Virus record (IMG/VR): IMGVR_UViG_3300014697_000001
Span: 1-64,000 of that record
From: a virus
Lineage: Duplodnaviria; Caudoviricetes
DNA length: 64,000 nucleotides
Direction: 5' to 3' (one strand)
Under the pieces are notes generated by a model. It did no database searches. It was not told the DNA's origin and worked only from the letters and a program-made list of their open reading frames with translations. Positions 8,148 to 19,259 of the stretch are shown piece after piece (within the stretch, counting starts at the first letter, position 1; the number at the start of each line of letters is the position of its first letter). Both the position numbers and the translations under genes were made by a program.

Positions 8148-11063
8148 TTACACCGAGTGTTGTGAGAACAAGATGTCGATGGCATCCTCGACGCCGTATG
8201 TGGCGTTAGGTAGGGCCACCAGCTTCTTACCGATGCAGAGTCGGGCTGATTCATTGCTCATGCTGATGACGCTAAAATCACGCTCACCACCAAGATTATT
8301 GACATTGACCCCAATGACATACCCACCCATGACGTCCTTCAAGGTTTCGCTGATCCCGTTGCGGGTAACCTGCATCTCCTTGAACAGCTGAGCGACTGTC
8401 TTTCGTGTGCTCTTGCGAATCTCTTCCTTGAGGGCTTCATCACGGTAGACCATGGGGCTGACAAAGTATTCAATCCGCAGGCGTTGCGCCGCTTCAAGCG
8501 ATACAGTCAAGCTACCGTCAACAATGGCATCGACCAGACCCACAGTCGTCTTAGGATGGAACCACAATGTGGTATTCTCCAGCAACTTATCGCGAATCGG
8601 TTTCAGGGTAATGTTGACCCACTCTACCACCTGTGTCGGTACGGTTTCTCGGTAAGCCAAGTCCGTGCCGTTGGTGACAAAGTAGTAAGCCCCATCGAAC
8701 AGTACCAGTTCCACCTGCCGCAGGATCGAACGAGGTGATTTTACAATCGGCGCACCGTTTTGGATGATCACATCACCCTTGCGATGCAGGTACACAGTAC
8801 GATTGTCTTCTACCACGATGTCTCCGACCCGATGATCGTACACCATGGCAGGTTTACCCGAACTGTAGTCAATGACCACCGCGCCGGTTTCAGTATCCCG
8901 TGCCGGGATGTTGGTGGTGTACAGCAGAGGTACGTCTTCTTCGTACCGTAGGTACTGCTCTTCGCCGATGGTCGAACGTGCCCGTGCCCACAGCCCTGTG
9001 AGTTCGTGACCCAACTTTACAGTCAGCTGTTCGTGGTACAAACCCGTCACCGGATAGGGCACCATGAAGTGTCCAAATCGCTCATCGATGATGCTGCTTT
9101 CACCGGCGGGCACAAGGTCGTTGCGCACACCGTAGAACACGTCAAAGACGGTTGACAGTTCAGCAGGGTAAGGGTGTGGTGAGATACCTTCGCCCTCAAA
9201 TCCATCGAGGTAGACGCGGTCTTCACGGTCCACATCCCACGTTGAGTCAAAGCGGAATTCAAAGATCCATTCCTTGGTCTTCGGGTCCCGACCCAGTAGC
9301 TGACCATTCAGGTAGACCCGTGTGACTTCACCCGGAGGGGTGTAAGCCAGTTGAGCTACCAGTACTTCCTCATCCATGTCCTTCAACGCATCGGTACTGG
9401 CAGTCATGATGCGCAATACCCAGCCGGTCTCAGTGCGTTCGAACTGATGGGTATTGACATCGACACCAACGCCCATGGTCCCGTTGTCGTCCACGAAGAA
9501 CTTACGGGTGATCTCGGGTGCACCGAAGTAATACGGCCTGACCTTGAACACGCCATCGGTGATGTCGTAGACATAGTGGAACGGGGTGTAGAAGAAGGTG
9601 CTGTTGTTTACCGTGTCAGCCAGCAGATCAGAAGGCAGTGACATGATCGATTCGCGTTCTTCCCGATCGACAATCGACAGGTAACCGCCCTCGTCCCGAT
9701 ACAGCGTGGTAGGAAGGATGGTGATGCGCTGCCCATTGTCCATGACATCGGCACTGTTCAGGATCTGTTCAATGGTCTTACTGAGTGTCACTACGTTCGA
9801 CCCTGCACCCGAAGAAATTTCCTTAATCTCAGGTACTGGCATCTCACGACTGGCGGCGTACAAACGACGGGTGGCATTGTCGATATCCGTCACGCAGCTA
9901 AAGCCTGCATCTGTCAGACGGTCCAGTTGAGTCTGGATCTGGACGTTGGTGATCGGCAGGTCAATCGAACCCAAAGCGTTGTGGATCACACGCTCCTTGA
10001 GCTTGTCGAACCCGATAGCATTCGAGCCACCCGTCGCTGGCAATGACGCCATGAACCGACTTGCCGTCAGCCGCTTCACTGGAGCGGTGTACTTGCCTTT
10101 GTCGTCGTTGTCGTAATCCTCGTACGTGGCCGTGAACATGTCCGCACTGTAACCCTGAATAGCCAGCTCCAGTGCCCCACGGGTGGTGTAGATGTCGATC
10201 CGCAACGTACGGTTGAGTAGTCCACTGCTGTAGTAGATCTGCGGGATACTCACATTGAGCATGCCGTCATCGAGCAACTTCAACACAGCGGTCGGAGTAC
10301 CTGGATCGTAAACCAAGTCACTGTGCGTGGTCTTGATCTCTTTCCAACCATCGTCACCTGTGCTGGTGTAGACACGACAGTGATGGAATTGATCGGCGTA
10401 CTTATACGACTTGTTGAATGTCTTGGCTGCCGACATCGGTGCGGTGTAACTCTTGATCTCGATCTGCTGAGCAGGAACTTCCAGTTGCAGGTATTCTTCA
10501 TGCCCGATGTTGTAGTTCAGGATAGAGAACGCGACCTTGTTGGTCTCAAGCGCCTGCAGGGGCGAGGGACGACTGTTGTCGTACACCACTTGAATGCCCT
10601 GGTGCGGTAAGACCCGGATCTCGATGGGGTATTGCAGAGTAAACGGTACGTCGCCTGCCATGACCTTGGTATGGCGTGGGATGACGAGCTTGCGCACACC
10701 GGCATTGCCAGTATCGACCGCCTTCTCAATGATCTCGCTGAGGCTGTACACTAGCAACAGTTCGGTGGTGGACGGAATGGAGAAGACGTTGAGGTAATCG
10801 ACATCACTCATGTGGTGATACAGGTCCTCACGTCCCTGTGCCAATTCAGGGTACTGACGCAGGTTGAGAATTTCATCCTTGCGGGCCAGGTTACTGAACA
10901 GGGTGGAGGCAAACTCCATCACATAGACGAACGCATTGGATGCGTCGACGATTTCGACTTCCCCGCCGCGCACTTTCTCCAGGTATTCAATCCCCTGGCG
11001 CTGGATGGCCATGGGGTTCAATCGTGCCGCATCGATCATGCGGGACAAATCAGAACGAGACAT
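8148..11063 (-). CDS. Large virion structural protein, probable baseplate wedge subunit
   Basis: 971 aa; position and size fit the conserved phiKZ-like structural block (recalled, not searched); PATGGSNA segment resembles wedge proteins. Confidence 0.6.
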   Translation of the reverse strand: MSRSDLSRMIDAARLNPMAIQRQGIEYLEKVRGGEVEIVDASNAFVYVMEFASTLFSNLARKDEILNLRQYPELAQGREDLYHHMSDVDYLNVFSIPSTTELLLVYSLSEIIEKAVDTGNAGVRKLVIPRHTKVMAGDVPFTLQYPIEIRVLPHQGIQVVYDNSRPSPLQALETNKVAFSILNYNIGHEEYLQLEVPAQQIEIKSYTAPMSAAKTFNKSYKYADQFHHCRVYTSTGDDGWKEIKTTHSDLVYDPGTPTAVLKLLDDGMLNVSIPQIYYSSGLLNRTLRIDIYTTRGALELAIQGYSADMFTATYEDYDNDDKGKYTAPVKRLTASRFMASLPATGGSNAIGFDKLKERVIHNALGSIDLPITNVQIQTQLDRLTDAGFSCVTDIDNATRRLYAASREMPVPEIKEISSGAGSNVVTLSKTIEQILNSADVMDNGQRITILPTTLYRDEGGYLSIVDREERESIMSLPSDLLADTVNNSTFFYTPFHYVYDITDGVFKVRPYYFGAPEITRKFFVDDNGTMGVGVDVNTHQFERTETGWVLRIMTASTDALKDMDEEVLVAQLAYTPPGEVTRVYLNGQLLGRDPKTKEWIFEFRFDSTWDVDREDRVYLDGFEGEGISPHPYPAELSTVFDVFYGVRNDLVPAGESSIIDERFGHFMVPYPVTGLYHEQLTVKLGHELTGLWARARSTIGEEQYLRYEEDVPLLYTTNIPARDTETGAVVIDYSSGKPAMVYDHRVGDIVVEDNRTVYLHRKGDVIIQNGAPIVKSPRSILRQVELVLFDGAYYFVTNGTDLAYRETVPTQVVEWVNITLKPIRDKLLENTTLWFHPKTTVGLVDAIVDGSLTVSLEAAQRLRIEYFVSPMVYRDEALKEEIRKSTRKTVAQLFKEMQVTRNGISETLKDVMGGYVIGVNVNNLGGERDFSVISMSNESARLCIGKKLVALPNATYGVEDAIDILFSQHSV

Positions 11064-11075
11064 TGACAGGCTCCA

Positions 11076-12263
11076 TTAAACGACGATGAGTCCAGACTGA
11101 GCTGGCGTGGTTGTGGTAGGACTTGGGGCTGTGGCCGGCATGGGCTTATTCAAATCGCCCCGTGTTACTTTCACGTAGTCGTCTTTATCGACCCACCACT
11201 CCAGTTCGTTGTTGTTCATCAGATTGATCCACGGGAAGCCTTTATAGTTAAACAGCTTCCGTTCTTCTGGCTCAATGCGCTTCATTTTCTTTTCGCGTTC
11301 ACCGTCACCCATCAACGGGTTAAAGATGACCACCAACTTATTGAACTCCCACAAGGTGATGGGGTCGTTATATTCAGCGATGGTACAGGCGAAGCTTGCT
11401 TGAACACTCTTGTTACTTTCGTTGTACGGCGTGTCACGACTGTAGTTAAACGAGGTGCCGATTGACAGACCTACCGGGAAGGCTGCCCCGCAGGCTGCCC
11501 ACTTCTGGATATACCGTCCTGACCAGTCTGTCACAAAACGATAGATCCGAGACATGTAGTCGATCTCGTTCTGCACAATCGAGTAACCAGCAGGCTGAAT
11601 CTTCGTGCCCAGATAGACACCGCCGATGTACAGTAGCCACGCAAACAGCGTCAATGATATAGGATCACCTAGGGTGTTTTCGAAGGTACAATCGAGTTCG
11701 AATCGACCATTTACCTCGGCGATCGAGTCGTTCATCATCCAGACTTCTTTAGCCATCCCTTCGTTACTGCTGTATGCATGGAGCATCAGGTCAGGCCAAC
11801 CACTCATGTTGGTCAGCGTGTTACTGAGAAGGGGCATAAAGGCTTGACGATTGTCAAAAATGACGTTGTCGTTTGCAATTCCCTGGTCATGTTTACTGCG
11901 TTGATTGTCGTGAATGATACTGTCCGGCCAAAGCATCCGACGGATGATTCGACTGTATGACCGTGGATTTTCACTGGCCAAAACGGACAATTGACGCACT
12001 GCCATCACGTTATCGTATGACAGGTTTAAATTTGGACGTGTGAAAAACGTCAATCCCTGCATGTCGGTGTTAGCCGGAACCGCAGAACCCTGTTGTGTCC
12101 TGTTATAACCGGCCAGAAGATCATGGAAACGGGCTCCCACCGCACCGGTTCCTTGCTCGCGGGTCAGACGTTGCATCAGTGCATCATCGCTGTCGAAACC
12201 TCCGTGCTTGGCGACTGTGTCAAGCACTCGTTTCATCAACTTATGTTGGTCGTTCATCTCCAT
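11076..12263 (-). CDS. Virion structural protein (baseplate/tail-tube associated)
   Basis: 395 aa; GLTFFTRPNLNLS motif and synteny with the phiKZ-like block. Confidence 0.55.
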   Translation of the reverse strand: MEMNDQHKLMKRVLDTVAKHGGFDSDDALMQRLTREQGTGAVGARFHDLLAGYNRTQQGSAVPANTDMQGLTFFTRPNLNLSYDNVMAVRQLSVLASENPRSYSRIIRRMLWPDSIIHDNQRSKHDQGIANDNVIFDNRQAFMPLLSNTLTNMSGWPDLMLHAYSSNEGMAKEVWMMNDSIAEVNGRFELDCTFENTLGDPISLTLFAWLLYIGGVYLGTKIQPAGYSIVQNEIDYMSRIYRFVTDWSGRYIQKWAACGAAFPVGLSIGTSFNYSRDTPYNESNKSVQASFACTIAEYNDPITLWEFNKLVVIFNPLMGDGEREKKMKRIEPEERKLFNYKGFPWINLMNNNELEWWVDKDDYVKVTRGDLNKPMPATAPSPTTTTPAQSGLIVV

Positions 12264-12290
12264 TATGCCTTTTCAATAGGAAGTCGTTTC

Positions 12291-13661
12291 ATGAACAAAA
12301 AAGTCTCGCAAGAGAGCTTGGTTGGCATCGGTAGCCTGATCGTCTCAGGCGTTGGCCTACTTGCTAAATACAGTCCCCAGATCGTCGCCGCACTGAAGAA
12401 CAAGTCGGATGACTCCGCAGGTGGCAAAGCCATTCAAATGGCCAAAGACGCCCTGCGTTCTTCGACGACCTCCGATCTGGTTCGCTTCACACAATCTGCC
12501 AGGGTTGAGCCCATCTTGCTGATGGACAAGCGTGCAGTCAACACCCCATTCATTCAGGATGTGGTCCATTCTCTGTATAACATGTTCACTGGATACTGGC
12601 TTCTGGCAGTCTCGCTTGACACCAAGATCAATGGGGTCTCCGTCGGCCGTCGCCTTGACAAGTTTGCCACTGACCGTGATCTGGCTGAAGCCACTCTGAC
12701 CCTGTTCGGCGAAGATACCAATCCGTCGATGGAGTCTTTCGGCCTGCCATTCATCAAGGAAATCATCGAAGAGCAAGACCGTGTCTCGATGGAATCGGTG
12801 GATCTGGACCCGGCTGAATTGGCTGCTGAAATCCAAAAGGCCATCGACCGCGTTACTGATCAGCGGCTTAAGGAAAAGCTGGCTCGCGAATACGAGAAAG
12901 TAAAAGCCGGTACCGACAAGGCTGCCTCGGCCAAAGCCAAAGAAATGCTGGAAGAGTTCAAGAAGCGTAACTTCGAGAACAAAGGCCAGAGCGTTCAGGG
13001 TGCCTCCAAGTATGTCGAGAAGATCAACAACCTCGCCGTCGGCAACGTCATCGATGTGACTATCAGCGAAGACGGTAAGACTGCTGTCGTGCCTGTGACC
13101 ATCCGTCTGCGTGTTGCCGGTATGCCGTCCGAGACCATGGTGCAGACCCTGGCCGTTGGTGGTAAAGACGCCACCATGCGCAGTCGTTGGAGAGCATGGC
13201 GTGCAGGCGAAATCCGTTTCTGGGCCGACTTCGTTCTGGCCATGGACCGTGTTGATGCACACCGCGCTGCCATGATGAATGACGAGTCTGGTTATTACAA
13301 GACTGTCTACGGTCGTGCACAAAAGAACACGATTGCAGAAGGTCTGGCTCAAGGCCCATCGCTGTCCAGCGCCAGCTCCCTGCTTGTCCTCGACAGCAAG
13401 ACTGCTGCCGAACTCGAACGCCGCGTCAACGGCCGTCTGGACAACTTCAAGACCCGTCAGGGCATCTTCGGTCATACCTACTCCATGCTGATGGCAGTGG
13501 TTGATCCGGATTGGGAATCGGTCACCATTTACACTCGCGGTATCGAAATGCCGACTCAACTCACGGCGCGTGATATCAAAACTGCCGGCAAGTCCGACAG
13601 CAAAGAACTGATGGACATCCTCAAGAGCTACCAGCTTGGGAAAGCCCCTGGCCGTATCTGA
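12291..13661 (+). CDS. Head protein with a proteolytically removable propeptide
   Basis: ATG 12291 after AGGAAG; SQE and two SME motifs. Confidence 0.65.
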   Translation: MNKKVSQESLVGIGSLIVSGVGLLAKYSPQIVAALKNKSDDSAGGKAIQMAKDALRSSTTSDLVRFTQSARVEPILLMDKRAVNTPFIQDVVHSLYNMFTGYWLLAVSLDTKINGVSVGRRLDKFATDRDLAEATLTLFGEDTNPSMESFGLPFIKEIIEEQDRVSMESVDLDPAELAAEIQKAIDRVTDQRLKEKLAREYEKVKAGTDKAASAKAKEMLEEFKKRNFENKGQSVQGASKYVEKINNLAVGNVIDVTISEDGKTAVVPVTIRLRVAGMPSETMVQTLAVGGKDATMRSRWRAWRAGEIRFWADFVLAMDRVDAHRAAMMNDESGYYKTVYGRAQKNTIAEGLAQGPSLSSASSLLVLDSKTAAELERRVNGRLDNFKTRQGIFGHTYSMLMAVVDPDWESVTIYTRGIEMPTQLTARDIKTAGKSDSKELMDILKSYQLGKAPGRI

Positions 13662-13690
13662 TCTCACTCACCCTCAAGGAACATTCCGCC

Positions 13691-14578
13691 ATGCGCATCC
13701 TGGATTACCTGCGACGCCTGACCGCGTCGCTGACTAAAGATGAATTTAAGCAGAGTCTGCGGGTTTTCACCCAAGGCCTGCGGAAAGCCATCGAAACCTA
13801 CTTCAATGCTGAAAACACGGTCAAGGTCTTCAGCTCGAAAGCCGGTAAGGAATTCGAGTCTGCCCTGACCAAAGCTGTTCGCATCCCAGCCAAGGTAACA
13901 GCCTTCTCCTACATCCGTCAGGTGTTGGCGAACATGGTGGTTACCACCGAACTCCTGACAGCAATTGCTGAAAAGAGTTACGGTCGGGACATCGTCATTG
14001 AGGGCATTACCTATAAGCGCGCTGAATTGCTGCGTACTCTTGGGTACATGGACTTCGTGGTGGCTTACTCCATGCAGTTGCTGCATTACATTCTGGTGGC
14101 TGAAGCCTCGGTGACTTCCAAGGAACATCCGGAAGGCAAGGAGCGTCCGAAACCTGAACTGGAATGGCTCAAGCGTAACCAGCCGGCGTTCTTTGCGCTG
14201 TTGACCACCTTCTCCAAACCCAGTCGCGAAATCGCCCAACTGCTCGAATCCATTCCGGACATCGAGATCGGCGAAGATGACGAGAAAGTCATCGTTCCTC
14301 AGGTCGGCATGATGAAGCTCGACCCACTGAAGAACAACTTTGTTCCCGGTGTGACCAACATCGCCATGGGCATTGGTATCTGGTGGGCTCAGCTTCAAGT
14401 AGCCCGTTACGAGCGACTGAAAGAAGATGCCCGCTCCATCCAACTGCGTCTCGAGCAGCTGCGCCTTCAAGCAGAAGGCAAGAACGATGCTCAGCTTGAG
14501 CGGACCATTGAGAAGTATGAAACCTTCCTCAACAAGACCGCCGAGAAGATCTCCAAGATGGAGGAGGGCTATAAATGA
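13691..14578 (+). CDS. virion structural protein
   Basis: 295 aa; SD AAGGA; C-terminal coiled coil; structural operon. Confidence 0.65.
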   Translation: MRILDYLRRLTASLTKDEFKQSLRVFTQGLRKAIETYFNAENTVKVFSSKAGKEFESALTKAVRIPAKVTAFSYIRQVLANMVVTTELLTAIAEKSYGRDIVIEGITYKRAELLRTLGYMDFVVAYSMQLLHYILVAEASVTSKEHPEGKERPKPELEWLKRNQPAFFALLTTFSKPSREIAQLLESIPDIEIGEDDEKVIVPQVGMMKLDPLKNNFVPGVTNIAMGIGIWWAQLQVARYERLKEDARSIQLRLEQLRLQAEGKNDAQLERTIEKYETFLNKTAEKISKMEEGYK

Positions 14579-15102
14579 GCCGAATCCAAACTCACCGTGG
14601 CTTTACGGTGGAGCATTCGGACATCAGTGCTGCAGGGTACCTTGACTTTCCTTTGGTCGATACCCTGTACCACCGTATGGAAACTACCCATGACTGGGTG
14701 GAGAGTTTCGAATACCTGACCGATGTAGCCAAAGCAGCCAAGCAGGTACTCTTCAACAGCCGGGGTCAGTTCATTCTGGCCCAGCAGCTGAAAGAGCCAT
14801 CCTCACCTTGGGTCCTGCATTTCACGTTGTCCACCCTGCGTTTCCTGGCAGGCGAAGCCCGCGCCATCTCGCTTGAGAATTACCGCGACCTGATGTTGTA
14901 TCACCCCCGTGAAGCTGTGGTGGTTGATCACAGTGCACTGATTCGCGAGTTGAAACTACAGTGGGTATTTTCCACTCATCCAGGTCAACTGATCAGTCGC
15001 TGGCTCTGCCAAGAGGACGGGCTGACTGATTTGGTTATGAGTCTTCAGTTGATCGGCGGCGGATTGCCCGAAGGTTGGCACGATCGTTCAGAGGCTGTGT
15101 AA
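14575..15102 (+). CDS. putative virion protein
   Basis: 175 aa; start overlaps the upstream stop region; SD GGAGG. Confidence 0.65.
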   Translation: MSRIQTHRGFTVEHSDISAAGYLDFPLVDTLYHRMETTHDWVESFEYLTDVAKAAKQVLFNSRGQFILAQQLKEPSSPWVLHFTLSTLRFLAGEARAISLENYRDLMLYHPREAVVVDHSALIRELKLQWVFSTHPGQLISRWLCQEDGLTDLVMSLQLIGGGLPEGWHDRSEAV

Positions 15103-15207
15103 ACCACAGCCTCCGGCAAAGAAACACCTTCCTATGGTGTGCGGAGATATGACCTCCTAGGTAAGGGCATATCTCTTTTCCTGTTTGCAAACAATGGAGT
15201 TATCCAA

Positions 15208-16446
15208 ATGCGTAGCATCCTGCAACAAGCACTGGCTGTATCCATGGAATCGGCTGACCCGCTCGAGAACGAAGAGCTGAACCCGGTTACCGAAACCACT
15301 ACCGTCGCTGTCGACGAGATCCTGGAAGAAGTCCGTGATCAGTCCGACGTCGTTGAAGAGCATGACGAAGCTGTCGACGAACTCGCTGGCGCTGCTGAAA
15401 GCCTCGAGTCGCTGATCACTTCCCTGGAAAGCGCCATCGCCGACGGCGGTCTGAGCCCGCAAGCTGCCGACATCCACAGCCGCGCCCTGGCCATCGCCAC
15501 TCGCCGTCTGCCGGTCGATGCTTCCGATTACACCGTTTCCACCGAATCCTTCGGCGGCACTGGCGACAAGCTGGTAGCGTCCATGGAAGCTCTGGAAGGC
15601 GCCAAGAAGCTCCTGGCTGACATCTGGAATGCCATCAAGACCACCGTGATCAATGCCTACAAGGCCGTGGTCAACTTCGTGCGCACCATCGGCAAATCCT
15701 CGGCCGCTCTGACCAAAGCTGGCAAGATCCTGATCGCTCAGGCCGGCAGCATCAGCGGCAATGCCAAGACTGCAGAAATCGACGCCACTGGTGTTGCCAA
15801 GTTCCTGCACAAAGACGGCGCCCTGAAGACCTCCGTTGGTGCCGGTCTGATGGAAATCGTCAGCAAGTACGCCGGTGTCGCTCAGTCGGCTACCATCGCC
15901 AAGGACGAGATCATCAAGCTGGCCGGCGCTACTGCCAGCGGCCGCCTGGAGAAGAACGAGTCCCAGGAAGCTCACGACAAGATCATCAAGGCTCTGCCGT
16001 CCGAAGAACTGCCTGGCGGTCGTTTCATCGACACCGAAGGTGAAATGCCCAAGCTGGTCGTCAAGACCAACCTGAAGGCTGACACCAACAATGTCAAGAC
16101 CCCGTCGGCGCAGGAAATCAAATCCATCGGCCAAAGCATCATCAAGGTCGCTGAGAAGATCGGCGAGTACGACAAGAAGCACTTCACTGCTCTCGAGAAG
16201 GCCATCGACAAGGCCATCGCCGAGCAGGACAAGCTCGTCAAGAAGATCGACTTCGAAGACGACAAGAAGACCATGGGCGTCAAGCACGCTGGTGATTCGA
16301 AGAAAGCCGTTCGTGAAGCACTGAACGATTTCCGCAAGATCTCCCAGATCGCTCGCGCCGTCGGCCCGGCTTACATGAGCTACGCCGCCAGCGCCGCCAA
16401 GGCAGCATTCTCCTTCGGCAAGAAGGCTGTTGCTGCGTACAAGTGA
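15208..16446 (+). CDS. Abundant internal head protein
   Basis: ATG 15208 after GGAG; SME/SLE/STE/ALE motifs in an acidic N-terminus; strong codon bias. Confidence 0.75.
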   Translation: MRSILQQALAVSMESADPLENEELNPVTETTTVAVDEILEEVRDQSDVVEEHDEAVDELAGAAESLESLITSLESAIADGGLSPQAADIHSRALAIATRRLPVDASDYTVSTESFGGTGDKLVASMEALEGAKKLLADIWNAIKTTVINAYKAVVNFVRTIGKSSAALTKAGKILIAQAGSISGNAKTAEIDATGVAKFLHKDGALKTSVGAGLMEIVSKYAGVAQSATIAKDEIIKLAGATASGRLEKNESQEAHDKIIKALPSEELPGGRFIDTEGEMPKLVVKTNLKADTNNVKTPSAQEIKSIGQSIIKVAEKIGEYDKKHFTALEKAIDKAIAEQDKLVKKIDFEDDKKTMGVKHAGDSKKAVREALNDFRKISQIARAVGPAYMSYAASAAKAAFSFGKKAVAAYK

Positions 16447-16471
16447 TCTTGATCGCTTGTTAGGCTAGTAG

Positions 16472-16513
16472 ACACCACCCTGGGCGTTACGCTCCGGGTG
16501 GTGTTTTATGCCG
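16472..16513 (+). terminator. hairpin + TTTTATGCCG
   Basis: ACACCACCC...GGGTGGTGT followed by a T-tract. Confidence 0.75.
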
Positions 16514-16571
16514 GTAGTCGGCAATGGTATGACTAGCTTTGTCTATTTTCATTGCCCCACGAGAATCCCCT

Positions 16572-17819
16572 ATGTCCGATGAAGCATTGCACGACCCTGT
16601 GCTCGACGAGCCTTACAGTGCCCTCCTCGATACAACACAACAATTGCAAAGTAGTCAGGTTCAGCTAGAGGCGCTCCTGTCTGCCACCGATTCTCTGGAA
16701 TCACTGATTCGCCACCTCGATCAACACCCCGTCGCCACCGACGCTCATCGCGATGCTCTGGTAGTCAGTGTTGAATCACTGCTCCACGGGACTGGGATGG
16801 ACACTGATGAGTTTCTTCCAGAACTTGATGGGGTTGTCTCCACCGAATCTTTGAAGGACCGTCTGAAGGAACTGTGGAAGCGCCTGGTCAGTATGGTCCT
16901 TACAGTGTTGCGCATGGTGCGCACGTACTGGCAGAAAGTCAGTACCTACCGGGGTCAGTTGAGACTGAGTGCTGACATCCTGATCAAGCGTGCTGCTGCT
17001 AAGCGCCTGGCCACTGTTCGCCATCCGAACATCGACCTGGGGATGGAGATCAAGACCTTCGTCGTAGGTGGTAACCTCATTACCGATCCAGACGCCCTGA
17101 TTCGCTCGATCAGTTCCGCACTGGAGCAGTACAAGGTCATGACGACCCATTACGGCAAGCAGACCCTGGAGCTGGGTAAGGCATTCGAGAACCTGTTGCA
17201 GAACAGTAACACAGGTCTTGACATGCTCAACCAAGTCAACCGCCTGTTTACCGAACAATTGCCGACTGAAGACATTGCTAAGAAAGTCAAGGCGATGGTC
17301 TACCGTGATCCGCGCTTTGGTCGTCGGCTGGCACTGGTGGCACCTCCTACTCTGGGCGGTTGGTCTCTCTTCTGCCTGTTGCTGGAAGATGCTCAGCGCA
17401 GCAAGATCGACACCGATCCTCTGGCATACGCACAATCACTGCGCACCACCGGGGTGAAGTTCGTCCTGAGCAACGTCAACCTGAGTAACACTACGCAGGG
17501 GACCGTTCGCACCGCCAGTGGCATGCAGATCCAGACGTTGGCCAAGCGAGTGATCGAGATTTTGGACATGATCGATACACAAGAGCGGACCATGGTCAGT
17601 AATCGTTTGGAGAACCAGATCAAAAATGTCCTGCGGGCCGGTGAACGGTATCAGAATTCCCTCGGGGGTTTGAGTACGGTTTACGATGAAGGTGTCCTTC
17701 GGTTTGTTCGCAACTACTCGAACTGGGCGTTTGGTCCGGTGGATCAGATGACCACCAATCTGCTCACTGTCTCTCGCAACATTCTGACTTACGGCCGCAA
17801 GTGCTTGGCCACTCAATAA
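16572..17819 (+). CDS. Internal head protein paralogue
   Basis: SLE/SVE/STE motifs followed by LKELWKRLV. Confidence 0.7.
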   Translation: MSDEALHDPVLDEPYSALLDTTQQLQSSQVQLEALLSATDSLESLIRHLDQHPVATDAHRDALVVSVESLLHGTGMDTDEFLPELDGVVSTESLKDRLKELWKRLVSMVLTVLRMVRTYWQKVSTYRGQLRLSADILIKRAAAKRLATVRHPNIDLGMEIKTFVVGGNLITDPDALIRSISSALEQYKVMTTHYGKQTLELGKAFENLLQNSNTGLDMLNQVNRLFTEQLPTEDIAKKVKAMVYRDPRFGRRLALVAPPTLGGWSLFCLLLEDAQRSKIDTDPLAYAQSLRTTGVKFVLSNVNLSNTTQGTVRTASGMQIQTLAKRVIEILDMIDTQERTMVSNRLENQIKNVLRAGERYQNSLGGLSTVYDEGVLRFVRNYSNWAFGPVDQMTTNLLTVSRNILTYGRKCLATQ

Positions 17820-17844
17820 TCCGTTTACAAGGAAATCGCTTCTC

Positions 17845-19251
17845 ATGAAAACAAGTCTCGAATCTATCCTGGCAGCGTCCCTCGGCGCACTGAAGGATTT
17901 GACTCCCTCTATGGAATCGGATATCGGTCCAGTGGAAACCCTCCAGACCATCGAGCTGGAACAGATCCAAGCCGATGCTGTGGCTCACATTCAGAATGAG
18001 CGGTACGGTGATGAGCAAAGCCTGCGTGAAGTCGTCGAGTCCTACCTCGAAGAAAACGAACAGGCCCATGCACAGATGCGCAATGACATCGAGTCGGTAC
18101 GCACTACCGTCCAAGGTGTGGTCAGCTCCATGGAAATGCTGGCTACCATCGCCTCGATGGAATCGCTGGATTCTGGCGCGGTGGTCACTGCCAACGCTGC
18201 GTTGGCCAACATCGCCACCACCGTCGGCGAAGAAGCTCCGGTTGTCGTGACTGAAAATGATCAGATCACGCACGTATCCATGGAATCGGTAGTCGACTTC
18301 GTTAAGAAGACCCTGGCCGGCCTGAAGAAGTGGATCAAGGAAAAGTTCGACAACATGGCCCTGCACTTCCGCCGCGGCGCCATCACAACCGAATCGATCC
18401 GCAAGCGCATCGGGGCTGTTCAAGAACGTCTGTCGAGCATCCCGGAAGAATACGGCATCCCCGCCAAACCTCTGCGCTACGCCCCAGAACAGGCGGTCAT
18501 GCTCTACGCGGCTGGTGCTCCACTACCGCTGGACAAGAAGAGTCTGCAAGAGGCCGCGGCTACCTGCATGAAGCTCCTCGAAGGTGGTATCGAGACGCTG
18601 GCACCTGAAGCAACCAAGCGGTCGGCTGTCCTGGCCGATGCATTGGGGCGGGTGATCATGGCAGTTGACTCCAACGTCGCCGAAGACATCCTGAAGAAGG
18701 CGTTCAAGGAAGCGTCAGCAGAATGGCCCGTCGAAAAGCTCATCAAGCGTGACATCGAGGTGCCTGGTGGTATCACCTTCATCGACCCGTCGACCTCGTA
18801 CCGTACCCGGTATCGTGATGCCGAATGGATCATGGAGCTGGTGCGTCTGCTCGAGCTGAATCAGGCGATGATCAAGTACCGTCGCACGGGTAACCTTTCC
18901 ACCAAAGCTGATGACATCGAGACCCTGAAAGGCATGCTCGATCAAGTCATCGCGATCTTCGAAGATGCAGCTCTGTCCAACTACAGCTACTACACCGAGT
19001 TGTCCATTGCTTGGCGCGAAGCCAGCAAGGTCTACAACCGTCTTTCGGCTGTGGTCCAGACATCCTCGATGCCTCAGCTCAACAACGAACTGTGGCGTGG
19101 TCTGGATGTAGGTGTGAGCGGCATGTTCATGATCCTGGACAAGGCGTTCTACCAGATCAGCACCCTGCGGGCACCGGTGTTCCGTTTGATGCACGGTCTG
19201 CTGTACGTGGTTGAGGAGCAAGCCAAGGCTTACGCTGCGGTCAACCGCTGA
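17845..19251 (+). CDS. Internal head protein paralogue
   Basis: SLE and four SME motifs followed by VVDFVKKTLAGLKKWIKE. Confidence 0.7.
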   Translation: MKTSLESILAASLGALKDLTPSMESDIGPVETLQTIELEQIQADAVAHIQNERYGDEQSLREVVESYLEENEQAHAQMRNDIESVRTTVQGVVSSMEMLATIASMESLDSGAVVTANAALANIATTVGEEAPVVVTENDQITHVSMESVVDFVKKTLAGLKKWIKEKFDNMALHFRRGAITTESIRKRIGAVQERLSSIPEEYGIPAKPLRYAPEQAVMLYAAGAPLPLDKKSLQEAAATCMKLLEGGIETLAPEATKRSAVLADALGRVIMAVDSNVAEDILKKAFKEASAEWPVEKLIKRDIEVPGGITFIDPSTSYRTRYRDAEWIMELVRLLELNQAMIKYRRTGNLSTKADDIETLKGMLDQVIAIFEDAALSNYSYYTELSIAWREASKVYNRLSAVVQTSSMPQLNNELWRGLDVGVSGMFMILDKAFYQISTLRAPVFRLMHGLLYVVEEQAKAYAAVNR

Positions 19252-19259
19252 TGTATACG

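Noticed and set aside
12357-16287. Long antisense ORFs (12357-13667, 13664-14470, 15157-16287; similarly 3831-4823, 7283-8254, 53270-54019)
   Set aside because: They mirror strongly codon-biased genes on the opposite strand, and show no SD or recognisable motifs.
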